A stretch of DNA of 64,000 nt from an uncultured Verrucomicrobiales bacterium. Its GTDB lineage: Bacteria > Verrucomicrobiota > Verrucomicrobiia > Verrucomicrobiales > DEV007. A program made the translations under genes and the position numbers. Location of the stretch: the NCBI GenBank assembly GCA_943789025.1, contig CALSSN010000008.1, positions 138,756-202,755 of the forward strand, read 5' to 3'. The notes below the pieces were generated by a model that did not search any database, was not told where the DNA came from, and worked only from the letters and a program-made list of their open reading frames with translations. Positions 1 to 8,909 of the stretch are shown piece after piece; within the stretch, counting starts at the first letter, position 1; each line of letters begins with the position of its first letter.

Positions 1-2
1 AG

Positions 3-293
3 AAAAAGCGCAAGGAATTAGTAATTTTTCTGCAGCCTCATATCATCAACGATGAGGCATCACTGGGTCTCACAACTCGTGATTTAAGAGAGAGAGCCGA
101 GGTCTTCGAAGATGCCGAGGAGTTTGTAGCTACTGCCGAAGAGCCTCCGGCGGAGGAAGGAGCTATTCTTCCCGAGAAATCAGGCCCATCGTCATTCCCG
201 GATGGAATTACGGGTGACGAAACAGAGGTTCGACAAGGTAAAACCGTCTCACCACGGGACAGTCGGAACGTTCCGTTTTTGTTTCGTCGGTGA
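3..293 (+). CDS. Secretin-family outer-membrane channel protein, C-terminal fragment (5' end outside window)
   Basis: Open in frame 3 from the window edge to TGA 291-293. It is absent from the ORF track because no start codon lies inside the window. Translation KKRKELVIFLQPHIINDEASLGLTTRDL... resembles the conserved C-terminal strand motif (ELVIF.TP.I) of GspD/PilQ secretins, followed by an acidic/Pro-rich tail. Family call is from motif memory only. Confidence 0.5.
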   Translation, partial: KKRKELVIFLQPHIINDEASLGLTTRDLRERAEVFEDAEEFVATAEEPPAEEGAILPEKSGPSSFPDGITGDETEVRQGKTVSPRDSRNVPFLFRR

Positions 294-411
294 AAAGCAG
301 TTTTCTGATGCTTTTCAGCCTGGAAACGAGCTGAGAGTGTCGCAACGTAGCATCCTGAGGAGCTTGTGACGATTGAACTCAAGCCTGCGGACGGTTTTCG
401 GAACGCCTTAC

Positions 412-467
412 GCCATAGGCCATAGGCCATAGGCCATAGGCCATAGGCCATAGGCCATGGGCCGTAT
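412..467. repeat. Heptanucleotide tandem repeat (GCCATAG)x6 plus two degenerate units
   Basis: Read directly: GCCATAG repeated perfectly 6 times (412-453), then GCCATGG and GCCGTAT. Lies in the gap between the convergent secretin fragment and uvrB. Confidence 0.9.
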
Positions 468-744
468 GCCAAGCCGAAGATTTGGCTTTGTCTACGTCCG
501 CCTATCTTCGGATGTCTACGCTACCATTTTCACGCTCGCTTAAAGCTCGGTTCAAGTTTGTCAAAGCTCGGCCAACTTCGCGTTTTGGCACCCGCTACCA
601 ATGTGAAAAGAAGACCTTTCGTAACTCTCACATGGTAAGCTATCCAAGATGCAATTTTTCTATTAATTTTTTACTTTTATTGTCAATAAATTGAGTTTAT
701 TCCCATGCAAAAAACACCAGAATAAGTCAATTGTTCTCCCAAAA

Positions 745-2891
745 TTAGAAGTTTGAGGGAGGCTTTTCTTGCCCTTCGTGTTTCTTGAGTTCCTCGATCT
801 GATCGCGAAGGAGTGCGGCTTTTTCATACTCGAGCCGGGCGGCAGCCTCCTGCATTTCGCCCTGCATTTCACGAATCACTTCGCTGATATCGAAGTCCTC
901 GCCGGCCTCGGCGACAACTGAGGAAGCCGTCGTAGAACCGGAGGCTGTGTAGCCAGACTGGAGGCTCTCTTGAACAGGGCGGATCACTGAGCGCGGCGTG
1001 ATGCCATACTTTTCATTGTGCTCCATCTGCCGGGAGCGGCGGTATTCGGTGATATCGAGGAGCTGCTGCATTGAGCCTGTAACCTGATCGGCGAAGAGAT
1101 ACACCTCACCATCAATATGCCGGGCGGCACGTCCGGCGGTTTGAATAAGCGATGTGGCCGAGCGCAAATACCCTTCCTTATCGGCGTCGAGAATACAGAC
1201 GAGTGAGACCTCAGGGAGGTCGAGTCCCTCTCGGAGGAGGTTGATCCCGACGAGAATATCGAATTCAGCTGCGCGCAGGGCGCGAAGAATTTCCACTCGC
1301 TCGACCGCATCGATATCCGCATGCATGTAGCGAACTTTCAAGTTCACCCCACGGAGGTAATCGGTGAGATCCTCGGCCGTGCGCTTGGTCAGGGTTGTGA
1401 TCAGAACCCTCTGTTCGATCTCCACCCGCTGGCGGCAGAGTTCGATCGTTTCGTCAATCTGCCCGGTAAGCGGGCGCAGGCGAATGACCGGATCGAGAAG
1501 CCCGGTCGGACGAATAATCTGCTCGACAATGAGGTCTTTCCCTCGAGTCTCGACGTCGAATTCTTCCACCGGTTGCGCGCTACCCGAAATACGTGGGAGT
1601 CGCGCAGGCGGGACCAGCGTCCCCCTACTCCTCCCTTGTTTCTTTTTCTTCACCGACGGGATATACTCGCTGTTTCCAACCCGACTGTTCTCGATCTCGA
1701 ACCTCGCCGGAGTCGCGCTGACATAAAGACATCGAGGCACTTTGGCCATGAACTCGTCGAATTTAAGTGGGCGGTTATCAAGCGCGCTGGGCAAACGAAA
1801 GCCGTGCTCGATCAAGTGCTCTTTCGCGAGCGATCGCCCTCATACATTCCTCCAATCTGGGGAATAGAAGCGTGGCTTTCATCGACAATGAAGAGAAAGT
1901 CGTCACGGAAAAAATCGAGGAGTGTACCCGGGGTCGCTCCCGGCTCGCGGCCGGAGAGGTGGCGCGAGTAGTTCTCGATCCCCTGGCAGAATCCCATCTC
2001 CGTCATCATCTCAAGATCATAATCGGTGCGCATCTTGATCCGCTGAGCCTCGAGAAGCTTGTTCTCGTCCTCAAAAGCAGCAACTGTCTCTTTTAATTCC
2101 TCTCGGATCGAACGGATCGCTTTCTGGAGCTTGTCGGCAGGGGTCACAAACTGCTTGGCTGGGTAAAACGTATAATTCGGCACGGTGGATGTGACTGTTC
2201 CGGTAAGTGGGTCGATGGAAGAAATACGCTCGATCTCATCCCCGAAAAACTCGACCCGCACCGCTTCGTCTTTGAGGTAAGCAGGAAAGACCTCAATGAC
2301 GTCGCCGCGGACCCGGAATTTTCCCCGCTCGAAGGCGATGTCATTGCGCTCGTAAAGCATGCCCACAAGACGGCGAAGGAACTCCTCGCGCTCCATCTCA
2401 AGTCCCTCGGTAACCGGAAGCATCATGCCCTCGTAATCCTCGGGCGAGCCGAGGCCGTAGATGCACGAAACCGAGGCGACAACGATGACGTCCCTCCGGG
2501 TGAGAAGAGCCCCCATGGTGGAGAGTCGGAGGCGCTCAATTTCCTCATTAATCGACGAATCTTTCTCGATGTAAGTATCGGATCTGGGGATGTAGGCCTC
2601 GGGCTGGTAGTAGTCGAAATATGAAACAAAATACTCGACTGCATTCTCGGGGAAGAAGTTTTTGAATTCCGAGTACAACTGAGCCGCCAGAGTCTTGTTG
2701 TGGGACATGACCAAGGTCGGGCGGTCGGCCCGGGCGATCAGGTTGGCCATGGTGAAGGTCTTGCCTGATCCGGTGACCCCGAGAAGCGTCTGGTGGTGGT
2801 TGCCGGCCAGAATTGACTTCGAGAGTTTCTCGATTGCCTGCCCCTGATCACCACTCGCCTCGTAGTCGCTCTGGAGCTTGAATTCGGACAT
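745..2891 (-). pseudogene. uvrB: Excinuclease ABC subunit B (UvrB), frame broken by an apparent 1-nt deletion near 1814-1817
   Basis: ORF 1812..2891 ([23 protein letters not shown]...GSGKTFT...[24 protein letters not shown]) is the N-half of UvrB. ORF 745..1815 ([22 protein letters not shown]...QIIRPTGLLDP...ARLEYEKAALLRDQIEEL) is the C-half, in an adjacent frame. Adding one base in the short run at 1814-1815 restores the conserved [18 protein letters not shown] junction. Confidence 0.85.
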
Positions 2892-2956
2892 CTCTCGTTA
2901 AATTTTCAGGATTGTTTGAATCTTCGGGATTGTCAGCTGCGAAAGAGAAGGACAGG

Positions 2957-4093
2957 ATGAGGGAGATGAGCAAAGAAGCCAGCGCCCCCCCCGTGACCAT
3001 AGTCGATCTGAAACGCGTGGCCAGAGATGGCGAAACGCACTTCGCCACCATCCATGCGCAGGTGGATAAGGCGACGCAAAAAACGACCAAAAGCGGGAAG
3101 CCTTTTCTCGACTGGCTGCTGCGCGACGCTGACGAGTCCCTGGCCATCAAAGTCTGGGACAACCACCCGAATTTCTCTCGAGCCGAAGCACTGGGCAGTG
3201 GGAGTTTCGTTTCGGTGATCGGGCATTGGTCTGCCGGAAAATACGGCCTTGAATCTCAGGACTGGAATCTCCGTGAGTTACGGACAGAGGAAGTCGAGGC
3301 GCTGCTCGCCGCAGAGGGGGGCTTCGCGAACCAGCAACGCGAAGACTACTCATACCTTGAAGCCCAGATCGAGGCATTGAATGACCCTCGGTTACGAACG
3401 CTTGCTGCCCAGTTTCTCGAGAAGTTCGGGGAACGATTTCGACGCACAGCGGCTGCGCGCGACTACCACCACGCGCGGCGCGGTGGACTGGTCGAGCACG
3501 TGGCCCAGATGATGCGGTCTGCTAATGCCCTCTGCGATGTCTATACCGAGGTAAACCGTGAGCTCGTTCTCACCGGAGTGCTCTTCCACGACTGCGGGAA
3601 ATTGTGGGAGAACTGCTTTCCAGAAAAAGGATTTTCTATGCCTTACTCAGAAATCGGTGAGCTCGTCGGTCACATCCCCATGGGCATGGAAATCGTCAAC
3701 AAACTTTGGCGGGAAATGGAAGAGATACACCAGGACGACTGGGCTGTCGGCAGCCCTCCTGCTGGTGATGTCAGACTTCACCTCCTGCATCTCATTGCCT
3801 CTCACCATGGTGAGCATAGCTTCGGCTCACCCACTCTGCCCAAGACACCCGAAGCACAGCTGCTTCACTATATTGACAACATTGATGCAAAGATGGAGAT
3901 GTTCCGCGGTGGCTACTTAAAGGCTCAACCACTGGCAGCAAAGGTCTTCGAGCGCGTTCGCCCACTTCCCGGGAATCTGGTGCAGCCTCTTGCCACATTC
4001 ACACCCCTCGAGACAGACCCCACTTCCCCTCCCGAGAACGCCAGCCCGCCAGCCACCGAGGCTCCTTCCACCACTTCAGACTCACTGAAGTAG
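2957..4093 (+). CDS. OB-fold plus HD-domain phosphohydrolase, YhaM-like 3'-5' exoribonuclease family
   Basis: ORF 2912..4093, with the first ATG at 2957. N-terminal OB-like segment, then HD-domain motifs (HHARRGGLVEH, LFHDCGK, IASHHGE, YIDNIDAK). Start codon uncertain (TTG 2912 / ATG 2957 / ATG 2966). Confidence 0.7.
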   Translation: MREMSKEASAPPVTIVDLKRVARDGETHFATIHAQVDKATQKTTKSGKPFLDWLLRDADESLAIKVWDNHPNFSRAEALGSGSFVSVIGHWSAGKYGLESQDWNLRELRTEEVEALLAAEGGFANQQREDYSYLEAQIEALNDPRLRTLAAQFLEKFGERFRRTAAARDYHHARRGGLVEHVAQMMRSANALCDVYTEVNRELVLTGVLFHDCGKLWENCFPEKGFSMPYSEIGELVGHIPMGMEIVNKLWREMEEIHQDDWAVGSPPAGDVRLHLLHLIASHHGEHSFGSPTLPKTPEAQLLHYIDNIDAKMEMFRGGYLKAQPLAAKVFERVRPLPGNLVQPLATFTPLETDPTSPPENASPPATEAPSTTSDSLK

Positions 4094-4106
4094 ACTTACC
4101 AAAATC

Positions 4107-4748
4107 TTATTTCGTCAGGAAATCGAGGCTCCTCGGGTCAAGAGCATCCTCCCCGTGAAGGATCTCCAGAAGAATAGGCACCTCTGAGTAAGATTCCAGA
4201 ATCTGCCGGTTGCTGACACTCGCCACATCACGCTCGTCACCCGTATGGTTAAGGATTATTCCCCGGCACTCCATCTTCCGGTCACGAATGGCGGCCACCG
4301 TGAGCAGGGTGTGATTGAGAGCTCCCAGGCGGTTATCGACAACCACGATAACAGGGAGCGCCAGATCTTCTGCCAAGTCGGCCATAGTCGCTCCATCCGG
4401 CCCGAGCGGCACCTCCCAGCCACCCGCTCCCTCAACGAGCACATGGTCACAACGGTTTTCCAAGGCATGGTAACCTGCGCAAAGAACGCTGCGATCAAGA
4501 ATCCGATTTTCTATCACAGCGGCGGCGGCCGGACTGGCCGGCGTCATCAACCAGAGGGGATTGATTTCGTCGGCTGTGACTTCCACCGAGGACGCGTCGT
4601 GAAGCACTGCCACGTCTCGTCGGTCCCCGCAGACGACCGGCTTGTATCCAGCCACTTTCCCCCCCATGGAAGCAAGGGCACGAAGAAGAAGTGCCGTGAC
4701 ATAGGTCTTGCCCACGCCTGTGTCGGTTCCGGTAACAAAAAAATCCAT
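4107..4748 (-). CDS. bioD: Dethiobiotin synthase
   Basis: 213 aa. N-terminal P-loop FVTGTDTGVGKTYVTALL, then GYKPV; typical BioD length and motifs. Confidence 0.85.
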   Translation of the reverse strand: MDFFVTGTDTGVGKTYVTALLLRALASMGGKVAGYKPVVCGDRRDVAVLHDASSVEVTADEINPLWLMTPASPAAAAVIENRILDRSVLCAGYHALENRCDHVLVEGAGGWEVPLGPDGATMADLAEDLALPVIVVVDNRLGALNHTLLTVAAIRDRKMECRGIILNHTGDERDVASVSNRQILESYSEVPILLEILHGEDALDPRSLDFLTK

Positions 4749-4798
4749 GGGCGTAAGAGGAAGAACGTTGTCTGTGTGAACTCGCGGGTCAGCACATT

Positions 4799-6154
4799 CT
4801 ACCCTATCGCGGCGCGAACAACGAGTTCCAGTTGCTCACAAAGCTCCTTGAGTCGGGCTTCATCCGGCCCTTCCAGAAGGATCCGGAGCTTCGGCTCGGT
4901 TCCTGAATAACGAACAAGGACGCGCCCGGTGGCTCCCAGTTCTACCTCGACTTTATCAATCGCTCTCTGGATTTCAGAGACTTCAGAAAGCGGAGGTTGC
5001 GAAGAAACAGGCACCGCTTTTTGCGCTTGCGGGAATTTTTTGAGACACTTTCTCAGAAGACTGAGCTTTTGTCCCGACTTGCGCAGAATCTCAAGCATTT
5101 GAAGTGCCGCAATCAGGCCATCCCCGGTAGTGGTGAACTCCCTGAAAATGATGTGCCCACTCTGTTCGCCTCCGAACATGTAGCCTCCTTCCCGCATTGC
5201 TTCGATGACGTAGCGGTCGCCCACGCCCGTCCGCTCGACCCGGGCTCCCACTTCACGCAGGGAGGTATCCAGCCCGAAATTACTCATCACTGTGGTGACC
5301 AGAGTATTTCCAGCTAATCTCCCTTCCGATGCGAGATGGCGCCCGGCGATGGCCAGAAATTCATCGCCATCCAAGGCGGCTCCTGTCTCATCGACCAGAA
5401 GAATCCGGTCCGCATCCCCATCATGTGCGATGCCGATGTCTGCGCCATGCTCTCTAACTTGCGCTTCGATGAATGAGGGATGGGTGCAGCCGACTCCGTT
5501 GTTGATATTCATCCCGTCCGGCCGATTTCCAACCTCCACTACAGTTGCCCCGAGCCGAGTGAGCGCCTCTGCCGTGATGCCGGACGCCGCGCCATGGGCT
5601 GCATCCACCACGATGGTCAAACCCTTCAGATCGAGACTTGGAACGCTGTCGAGCCCGAATCGCAAATAGGCCTCCCGGGCGTCATCAGCCGTGCGCACCA
5701 CTCCGACTTGGTCGCCAGCGACAAAGCCCCCTGCACCAGCAGGACGCTCCATAACCGATTCAATCGCAGCCTCGGTCACATCAGGTAATTTGAATCCGTC
5801 GCCAGCAAAAAACTTGATGCCATTATCACCAGCAGGATTATGCGAAGCGGATATAACCACCGCAAAATCTGCCTCCAGGCGGACGGCATTCGCTGCCACG
5901 GCCGGCGTAGGGATGACACCAAGAAGATCAACGTCCGCTCCCGCGGAAGCCAACCCCGCCGCCAAGGCTGCCTCGAGCATTTGTCCGGAGATCCGCGTAT
6001 CACGTCCGATCACAACCCGCAGCCGACCACCGCCCTCCTTGCCAAGAACTACCGCCGCCGCCCGCCCCAGACGAACCGCAAAATCTGGAGTCAATGGTTC
6101 CTGATTCGCAGGTCCTCGGATCCCGTCTGTTCCAAAATATTTACCTGTCGTCAT
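4799..6154 (-). CDS. glmM: Phosphoglucosamine mutase
   Basis: ORF 4799..6232. The conserved N-terminus MTTGKYFGTDGIRG starts at ATG 6154. Active-site SASHNPAGDNGIKFF present. The longer N-extension would overlap the upstream ORF. Confidence 0.9.
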   Translation of the reverse strand: MTTGKYFGTDGIRGPANQEPLTPDFAVRLGRAAAVVLGKEGGGRLRVVIGRDTRISGQMLEAALAAGLASAGADVDLLGVIPTPAVAANAVRLEADFAVVISASHNPAGDNGIKFFAGDGFKLPDVTEAAIESVMERPAGAGGFVAGDQVGVVRTADDAREAYLRFGLDSVPSLDLKGLTIVVDAAHGAASGITAEALTRLGATVVEVGNRPDGMNINNGVGCTHPSFIEAQVREHGADIGIAHDGDADRILLVDETGAALDGDEFLAIAGRHLASEGRLAGNTLVTTVMSNFGLDTSLREVGARVERTGVGDRYVIEAMREGGYMFGGEQSGHIIFREFTTTGDGLIAALQMLEILRKSGQKLSLLRKCLKKFPQAQKAVPVSSQPPLSEVSEIQRAIDKVEVELGATGRVLVRYSGTEPKLRILLEGPDEARLKELCEQLELVVRAAIG

Positions 6155-6155
6155 A

Positions 6156-6350
6156 TCAGATGATGAAAGATGCCTCCTTGATGCGGTCTTCAGCGTTGCG
6201 ATCAGGAGCCAGCTCAACCTGCCCGGGAACAAAATCGTAAACCGGCGGAATGGTGCCCCGACGACGAAGGTGCATTTTAATCAGATACCAGATGGCGGTA
6301 GCCACAAGCAAGGCTCCCAGTTTCTGTCGCCAGTTTTTCATCAGGTGCAT
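6156..6350 (-). CDS. Small single-pass membrane protein in the CdaR/YbbR position (possible minimal CdaR)
   Basis: 64-aa ORF. Its start overlaps the cdaA stop by 1 nt, and it ends 1 nt before the glmM start. One hydrophobic helix (LGALLVATAIWYLI). Coding status inferred from tight operon packing only. Confidence 0.5.
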   Translation of the reverse strand: MHLMKNWRQKLGALLVATAIWYLIKMHLRRRGTIPPVYDFVPGQVELAPDRNAEDRIKEASFII

Positions 6351-7225
6351 TATCTCCGGGTAGACTTGCCTCTTTCGGACGCTTTGATTGTGTCGTTTCC
6401 TCGGGACTTCGGCTTGCCCTGTTTGGCCCCTGGTTTCTCTTGACTTGAATCCTTCTCTCCCGCATCCGCCTCATTTCTTTCTGAGAGAATTTCCACCAAA
6501 TGTTCCTTGAGTTGCTCTCGATCAAGGCCCTGCTCCATTTTACCTCGGTAGCAGATTGAAATGTTGCCCGTTTCTTCAGAGACCACAATTGCCACTGCGT
6601 CGGTCTCTTCACTGATGCCGATTCCGGCCCTGTGCCTGAGCCCCACCGATCGATCGAGAAGCTCACGCTGACTGACTGGAAAAACACAACCAGCCGCCCG
6701 AATACGATCTTGGGCGAGAATCATGCCGCCGTCGTGAAGCGCGGTTTTTGGGTGAAAAACAGTCAGTATCAATTCATTGGAAAAGGCAGCATCCAGAACC
6801 ACACCGGTCTCGACGTAGGGTCGTAATTCTTCATCCGTCTCGATGGCAATCAGAGCACCATAGTGCTTGTTCGACAATTGCTCGACAGCAGCACAAACCT
6901 TATCGATCTGATCTGTTTTTCGTCTGCTGAAGACAAAGAAACTGCTGCTCCCGAGCTCGGCCAGAGCACGACGCATTTCAGGCTGAAAAATGACGACAAG
7001 ACCGATAGAAAGAAAGAGAAAAAAGTTTCTCATGATCCATCCGATGACCTGGAGATGAAGCAGCTCCGAGAGAAAAGTAAGCAGAATAAGAATAGCTAGG
7101 AGACCGGTCAGGATCGCCGCCCCACGGGTGGCCCGAAAATAACGATAGCCGTGGTAGAGAAGCACGGCGAGAACCAGGATCTCCACCCCGTCCTGCCATC
7201 TCAGGCTGTTAAAAAATTCTTTCAT
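6350..7225 (-). CDS. cdaA: Diadenylate cyclase CdaA (c-di-AMP synthase, DAC domain, N-terminal TM helices)
   Basis: 291 aa. Hydrophobic N-terminus, then DAC-domain motifs GALIAIE, HDGGMIL, RHRAGIGISEETDAVAIVVSEETG. Lys-rich C-terminal tail. Confidence 0.85.
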   Translation of the reverse strand: MKEFFNSLRWQDGVEILVLAVLLYHGYRYFRATRGAAILTGLLAILILLTFLSELLHLQVIGWIMRNFFLFLSIGLVVIFQPEMRRALAELGSSSFFVFSRRKTDQIDKVCAAVEQLSNKHYGALIAIETDEELRPYVETGVVLDAAFSNELILTVFHPKTALHDGGMILAQDRIRAAGCVFPVSQRELLDRSVGLRHRAGIGISEETDAVAIVVSEETGNISICYRGKMEQGLDREQLKEHLVEILSERNEADAGEKDSSQEKPGAKQGKPKSRGNDTIKASERGKSTRR

Positions 7226-7299
7226 TTATTCGCTGTCGACCTACCTGCCATGTTCGCGAACCTTCTCGCAACCTTTCTCAACTAGCAAGAGCTCGCCAA

Positions 7300-8211
7300 T
7301 CAGCCACCAGACAGGATCGCTTCGGTCATTTTCAATGCCTGCACGTTTTCGGCAATGTCATGCACCCGATGAATCCGTGCGCCCAACTCCCGCGCCAGAC
7401 AGGTAGTGGCTACAGTCGGCCAGAGCCTCTCCTCCACTGCCTTGGCGCCCAGCAACGCAGCAAACATGGATTTTCTCGAGACGCCGATGAGAACCGGGCG
7501 GCCGATGTGATCGAGGAGTTGGGGGATCGCGCGAAGGAGGGCAAGGTTGTGATCAAGCGACTTGCCAAACCCGATTCCCGGATCGACCACCACCCGGTCT
7601 CTGGCCACCCCGGCGGCCTCCGCGAAAGCGAGCTGGCGGCTCAGGTAGTCTCCTACCTCTTCGACCACGTCACCATAGACGGGTGCCTTCTGCATGTTCC
7701 GTGGATCTCCCTGCATGTGCATGATCACCAGACCAGCATCACAGGCAGCTACCACCTCTGCCATCCGCGGATCGCCGCAAAGACCGGTCACATCATTGAC
7801 GATATCTGCTCCTTCTCTGATACAGGCTCTCGCGACGTCTGACTTCGAAGTGTCCACAGAAACCGCCACCCCCCGGCAGGCGGCACGAACTTCCTGCACC
7901 ACAGGAACCACTCGAAGAAGCTCCTCTTTTAGACTCACCGCGGCGGCTCCAGGGCGGGTTGACTCACCGCCGATATCGATGATACCGGCCCCGGCATGAG
8001 CCATTCTTATTGCGCTCTCTATGGCGTCTTCCACCCGAAGGTAGATTCCACCATCAGAGAACGAATCCGGCGTCACGTTCAGAATTCCCATCACCACTCC
8101 ACTACGCGACAAGTCGAAGTCAAAGGAACCTGCTTTCCACTGGTGGATTCTCGGATGCGTCTTGCCTACCATGGTGAGGGAGACTAACTTCTCATCCTTC
8201 ATCCGCAACAT
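7300..8211 (-). CDS. folP: Dihydropteroate synthase
   Basis: 303 aa. GILNVTPDSFSDGG and DIGGESTRPG motifs. The exact start (ATG 8211 or an internal Met) is uncertain. Confidence 0.85.
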   Translation of the reverse strand: MLRMKDEKLVSLTMVGKTHPRIHQWKAGSFDFDLSRSGVVMGILNVTPDSFSDGGIYLRVEDAIESAIRMAHAGAGIIDIGGESTRPGAAAVSLKEELLRVVPVVQEVRAACRGVAVSVDTSKSDVARACIREGADIVNDVTGLCGDPRMAEVVAACDAGLVIMHMQGDPRNMQKAPVYGDVVEEVGDYLSRQLAFAEAAGVARDRVVVDPGIGFGKSLDHNLALLRAIPQLLDHIGRPVLIGVSRKSMFAALLGAKAVEERLWPTVATTCLARELGARIHRVHDIAENVQALKMTEAILSGG

Positions 8212-8225
8212 CTCGAGGCAGCCAC

Positions 8226-8909
8226 TTGAACCAATCGATCCACTTTTTTCTCTCTCCCATAAGGATCCTCTTCGGGATCATGCTCTTTCTTGGCTCGACA
8301 GAAACTTTGCTGCCCGCCCGGGAGCCCGACCAGCAGGTTCGATCCATCTACCACAAAAACGGCAGCAAAACCCTTTCCGAACAGAACCGGCGCACCGGTG
8401 TTCTCAAGGAATACACCTACGACAAAAGAAACGTCCTCATCGCGCAGAAACAGTTTCAGATCGATCGCAAAGGACGCGCCAGACGAGGACAGATATTCGA
8501 CGCCAAAGAAAAGCTTCTGGCCCGAGTCGAATACGGCTTTGACGATTTCGGCAGGATTGAGGAGGAGCGGATGTTTGACGCTAAGGGCAACGTCATTCGT
8601 AGGATGCTCTATCGCTACGACTCCAAGGGCAAACAACTGCGCCCAGTTGCCTATACCTATCAGCCGGGCCAACAAGCACCTCGAAAAGTCAACGCCGCCA
8701 AAATTCCCCAGACGATTCTTACCCCGAATATCAACGGCTTTGGCGAAATCCCAGGAAACCGCTACGAGGAGGGCGGAATGCGTGAAGCACCCGGCGTGAG
8801 CACCCGCCCGATCAGACGCCTGAAGAGTCATGTCTCCCGCCTATCGGCTTCTTTTTTTCCTTATTCTCGCCGGGTCGTTTTTCACCGGACGACACCTCGT
8901 GACGGATGA
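8226..8909 (+). CDS. Hypothetical secreted protein with short YD/RHS-like repeats
   Basis: 227-aa ORF with a hydrophobic N-terminus (ILFGIMLFLGS) and recurring Y.YD..G / YGFDDFGRI / YRYDSKGK motifs. Preferred over antisense ORF 8199..8831. Its 3' end overlaps the next ORF by 80 nt. Confidence 0.5.
   Translation: MNQSIHFFLSPIRILFGIMLFLGSTETLLPAREPDQQVRSIYHKNGSKTLSEQNRRTGVLKEYTYDKRNVLIAQKQFQIDRKGRARRGQIFDAKEKLLARVEYGFDDFGRIEEERMFDAKGNVIRRMLYRYDSKGKQLRPVAYTYQPGQQAPRKVNAAKIPQTILTPNINGFGEIPGNRYEEGGMREAPGVSTRPIRRLKSHVSRLSASFFPYSRRVVFHRTTPRDG

Noticed and set aside
38-472. 144-aa minus-strand ORF starting MAYGPWPMAYGLWPMAYGLW
   Set aside because: Its N-terminus is just the translated heptanucleotide repeat. 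The rest is antisense to the secretin C-terminal fragment, which has a recognisable motif. No coding signature.
472-510. Hairpin CCGAAGAT(N22)ATCTTCGG as a terminator for the secretin gene
   Set aside because: It has a large loop, no following T-tract, and lies 180 nt past the stop codon. Not convincing as an intrinsic terminator. It is mentioned only in the microsatellite finding.
8199-8831. 210-aa minus-strand ORF competing with the YD-repeat ORF
   Set aside because: It overlaps the folP start region and shows no signal or motif. The plus-strand alternative has a signal-like N-terminus and internal repeats. Still, neither is strongly supported.
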